This document shows positions 62,234-64,000 of a stretch of DNA of 64,000 nt, piece after piece. The notes under the pieces were generated by a model. That model searched no databases. It saw nothing but the letters and a program-made list of their open reading frames with translations, and was not told the origin of the DNA. Every line of letters begins with the position of its first letter. The first letter of the stretch is position 1. Both the position numbers and the translations under genes were made by a program. This DNA is from Nanoarchaeota archaeon SCGC AAA011-D5. GTDB lineage: Archaea; Nanobdellota; Nanobdellia; Pacearchaeales; GW2011-AR1. The stretch lies in the NCBI GenBank assembly GCA_000405225.1, contig ASMP01000001.1:136496-200495 (forward strand). The letters are read 5' to 3'.

Positions 62234-63979
62234 TTATTTTCCCCATTCTGCTTTTATTTTTCTCTTTATCTCGGCAATTTCCTGGAGAATTCTGAGCTCA
62301 TTTGATGACAGGAGATCCTTATTTTTCTTGAAATTTCTGAATTGGGATTCTGCTATGTCTGAATAAAGGAAGTTTTTGTTCCCGAGCCTTCTTTCGAAAT
62401 TTATTCCGGGAACAGAGATTGCGAGTTCCTGCCCCTCAGAAGCCACTTCCACTGCCCTGTTTTCTGACTGCATGTTTTTTATTTTTCCAACTCTTTCTCC
62501 GGATTCATCTATCATCTGCAACCTCTGAATGAGTTTTCCAGCTTCGACCCTTACGCCAAAAATAGCGGGATTGGTATTCCTGAACACATGCTCTTTCAGG
62601 ATTTTAAGTTTGCACAAAGGACTAAGTCCAAGAATCCTCTTTTTTTCTATTTCCTTTCTTTTATCTTCCTTTATTTTATGAAGATCTTCCACGAGTTTGT
62701 AAATAACATCGTTCGTGAGAATGCTTACACTATTTTTTATTTCTTCTGCCTCAGAATCAACAGACACATTAAAACCAGCAATGACCGCATCTGTCTCGTT
62801 TATCTGCAGGTTTGCCTTTGCATTTGTGACATCTGTTTTGTTTATGTTTCCTATGCCCGCCTTAAGAACAAGTATGTTCTCCTGGCTGAGAATCTTAAGC
62901 AGGGCTTCCAGGCTTCCTAGGGAATCTGCCTTCACAATTATTCCGTTCTTGTCTGTTTTTATGCTTTCTGAAATCTGCTGTGCAAACAAAGCCTTTATCT
63001 CTTCCTTGTTATTTTTATAAATCTGGAAAGGCATTCCAGGCAAAACATCTTCTTTCTCCACGAGCTGAAGTCTCAAGCCTGTCGCTGCATGCACCTTTTC
63101 CTTTGGCTGAAACTTGAACGACAATGGCAAAATCTCTTCAAGAACTCTTATCCTGGTGATTATGACATTTCCATCAAGACCAGCCACAGCTATCTTGTCA
63201 TTCCTTGAGAGCTCTCCGTCATAGAGAATCGCTTCGATGTATCCTCCCCTCTCCAATTTTTTTACCTCCAACACGATGCCTTTTGCATCTTTTCCAAGAG
63301 CCAGTTTTTCATTCAGGTATTTCTGGCTCAGGCCGCAAAGCACAAGTATCAGTTCCGGAATTCCCTCACCTGTTTTTGCAGAACAGGGAACAAGAGCTAT
63401 CTTTTTTGTGAAGTCTTCTACCTGGTAGTATAAGTCAGAGTCGAAGCCATGAGCCTGCAAAGCACCCATTAAAGTCAGATATTTCTCCTGAAAATCTTGG
63501 GAGGTATTTTTCGCCTGCGTCTCAATGCTTTTTTTCAGTTCAAGTTCATTTTTTTTCCACCCATGAATCTTGTCTATTTTATTCAGGGCAACGATAAACG
63601 GAACCCTGTTTCTCTTGAGGATCTGAATGACCTCTGAGGTCTGGGGCTTTATTCCCTCATTAATGTCAATCATGAGAATTGCCAGGTCTGCCAGAGAACC
63701 TCCGCGCTTTCTCAAGTTGGTGAATGCGGCATGTCCAGGCGTGTCTATGAATAAAAATCCGGGGATATCCAGCTTTATTCCCTGTTGCTCTATCAAAGGA
63801 CAGGAAGCCCTGAGCTGTTCTGCAGGATAAAGAGTAAAAGAAATTTTTTGGGTTATTCCTCCTGCCTCTCCTTCATGGACAGAGCTCTGTCTGAGTCTGT
63901 CAAGAAGGCTTGTCTTTCCGTGGTCTACATGACCAACAACTGTGACAATTGGCTGGCGTATTTTTATTTGAGTTTTCAT
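62234..63979 (-). CDS. infB: translation initiation factor aIF5B
   Basis: VVGHVDHGKTSLLD, FIDTPGHAAF, ALNKIDK; start set to ATG at 63979 (the track start at 64000 is TTG at the window edge). Confidence 0.9.
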   Translation of the reverse strand: MKTQIKIRQPIVTVVGHVDHGKTSLLDRLRQSSVHEGEAGGITQKISFTLYPAEQLRASCPLIEQQGIKLDIPGFLFIDTPGHAAFTNLRKRGGSLADLAILMIDINEGIKPQTSEVIQILKRNRVPFIVALNKIDKIHGWKKNELELKKSIETQAKNTSQDFQEKYLTLMGALQAHGFDSDLYYQVEDFTKKIALVPCSAKTGEGIPELILVLCGLSQKYLNEKLALGKDAKGIVLEVKKLERGGYIEAILYDGELSRNDKIAVAGLDGNVIITRIRVLEEILPLSFKFQPKEKVHAATGLRLQLVEKEDVLPGMPFQIYKNNKEEIKALFAQQISESIKTDKNGIIVKADSLGSLEALLKILSQENILVLKAGIGNINKTDVTNAKANLQINETDAVIAGFNVSVDSEAEEIKNSVSILTNDVIYKLVEDLHKIKEDKRKEIEKKRILGLSPLCKLKILKEHVFRNTNPAIFGVRVEAGKLIQRLQMIDESGERVGKIKNMQSENRAVEVASEGQELAISVPGINFERRLGNKNFLYSDIAESQFRNFKKNKDLLSSNELRILQEIAEIKRKIKAEWGK

Positions 63980-64000
63980 GTTGCATTTTAAATTTTTCAA

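Overview
AT-rich archaeal chromosome fragment, probably from a small-genome DPANN-type lineage (inference from gene content). Most of it is housekeeping: RFC small and large subunits, PheRS alpha and beta, TrpRS, ThrRS, PEP synthase, Kae1, the L7Ae-S28e-L24e cluster, S6e, eL41, aIF2-gamma, aIF5B, gyrB/gyrA, UMP kinase and the DNA glycosylases Ogg and Nth. There are five tRNA genes; two carry introns, and one reads as tRNA-Ile(UAU). No rRNA gene and no CRISPR array were seen.

The most interesting structure is not a gene. The last 11-15 nt of tRNA-Glu recur as direct repeats downstream of both tRNA-Glu genes (6.4-8.5 kb and 32.1-32.8 kb). These copies delimit four 0.55-0.7 kb mini-cassettes, each with its own promoter-like box. 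The cargo is two toxin-antitoxin pairs and two lipoproteins, and no integrase is present. It looks like an integron-like or serial site-specific insertion hotspot.

Other signals:
- A radical SAM gene is inserted behind kae1, with a synonymously diverged relic of the kae1 3' end left on its far side.
- A similar mini-relic sits behind gyrB.
- A 28-nt sequence encoding ETRPSDAEL is shared by the 3' ends of ppsA and rps6e.
- A more AT-rich island at about 51-56.5 kb holds a Zn-ribbon DNA methylase fused to a nuclease-like domain, a convergent SPPY methylase, two RHH genes, and a SWIM ORF joined in frame, across a TAA, to an IS6-like transposase.
- A 170-aa minimal Pol X-like protein.
- A K-turn hairpin in the L7Ae leader.
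- A caspase-like gene broken at a T6 run.
- A GC-rich foreign-looking ORF between two tRNAs.

All calls come from reading the sequence and ORF translations by eye. No database search, GC calculation or repeat statistic was run.
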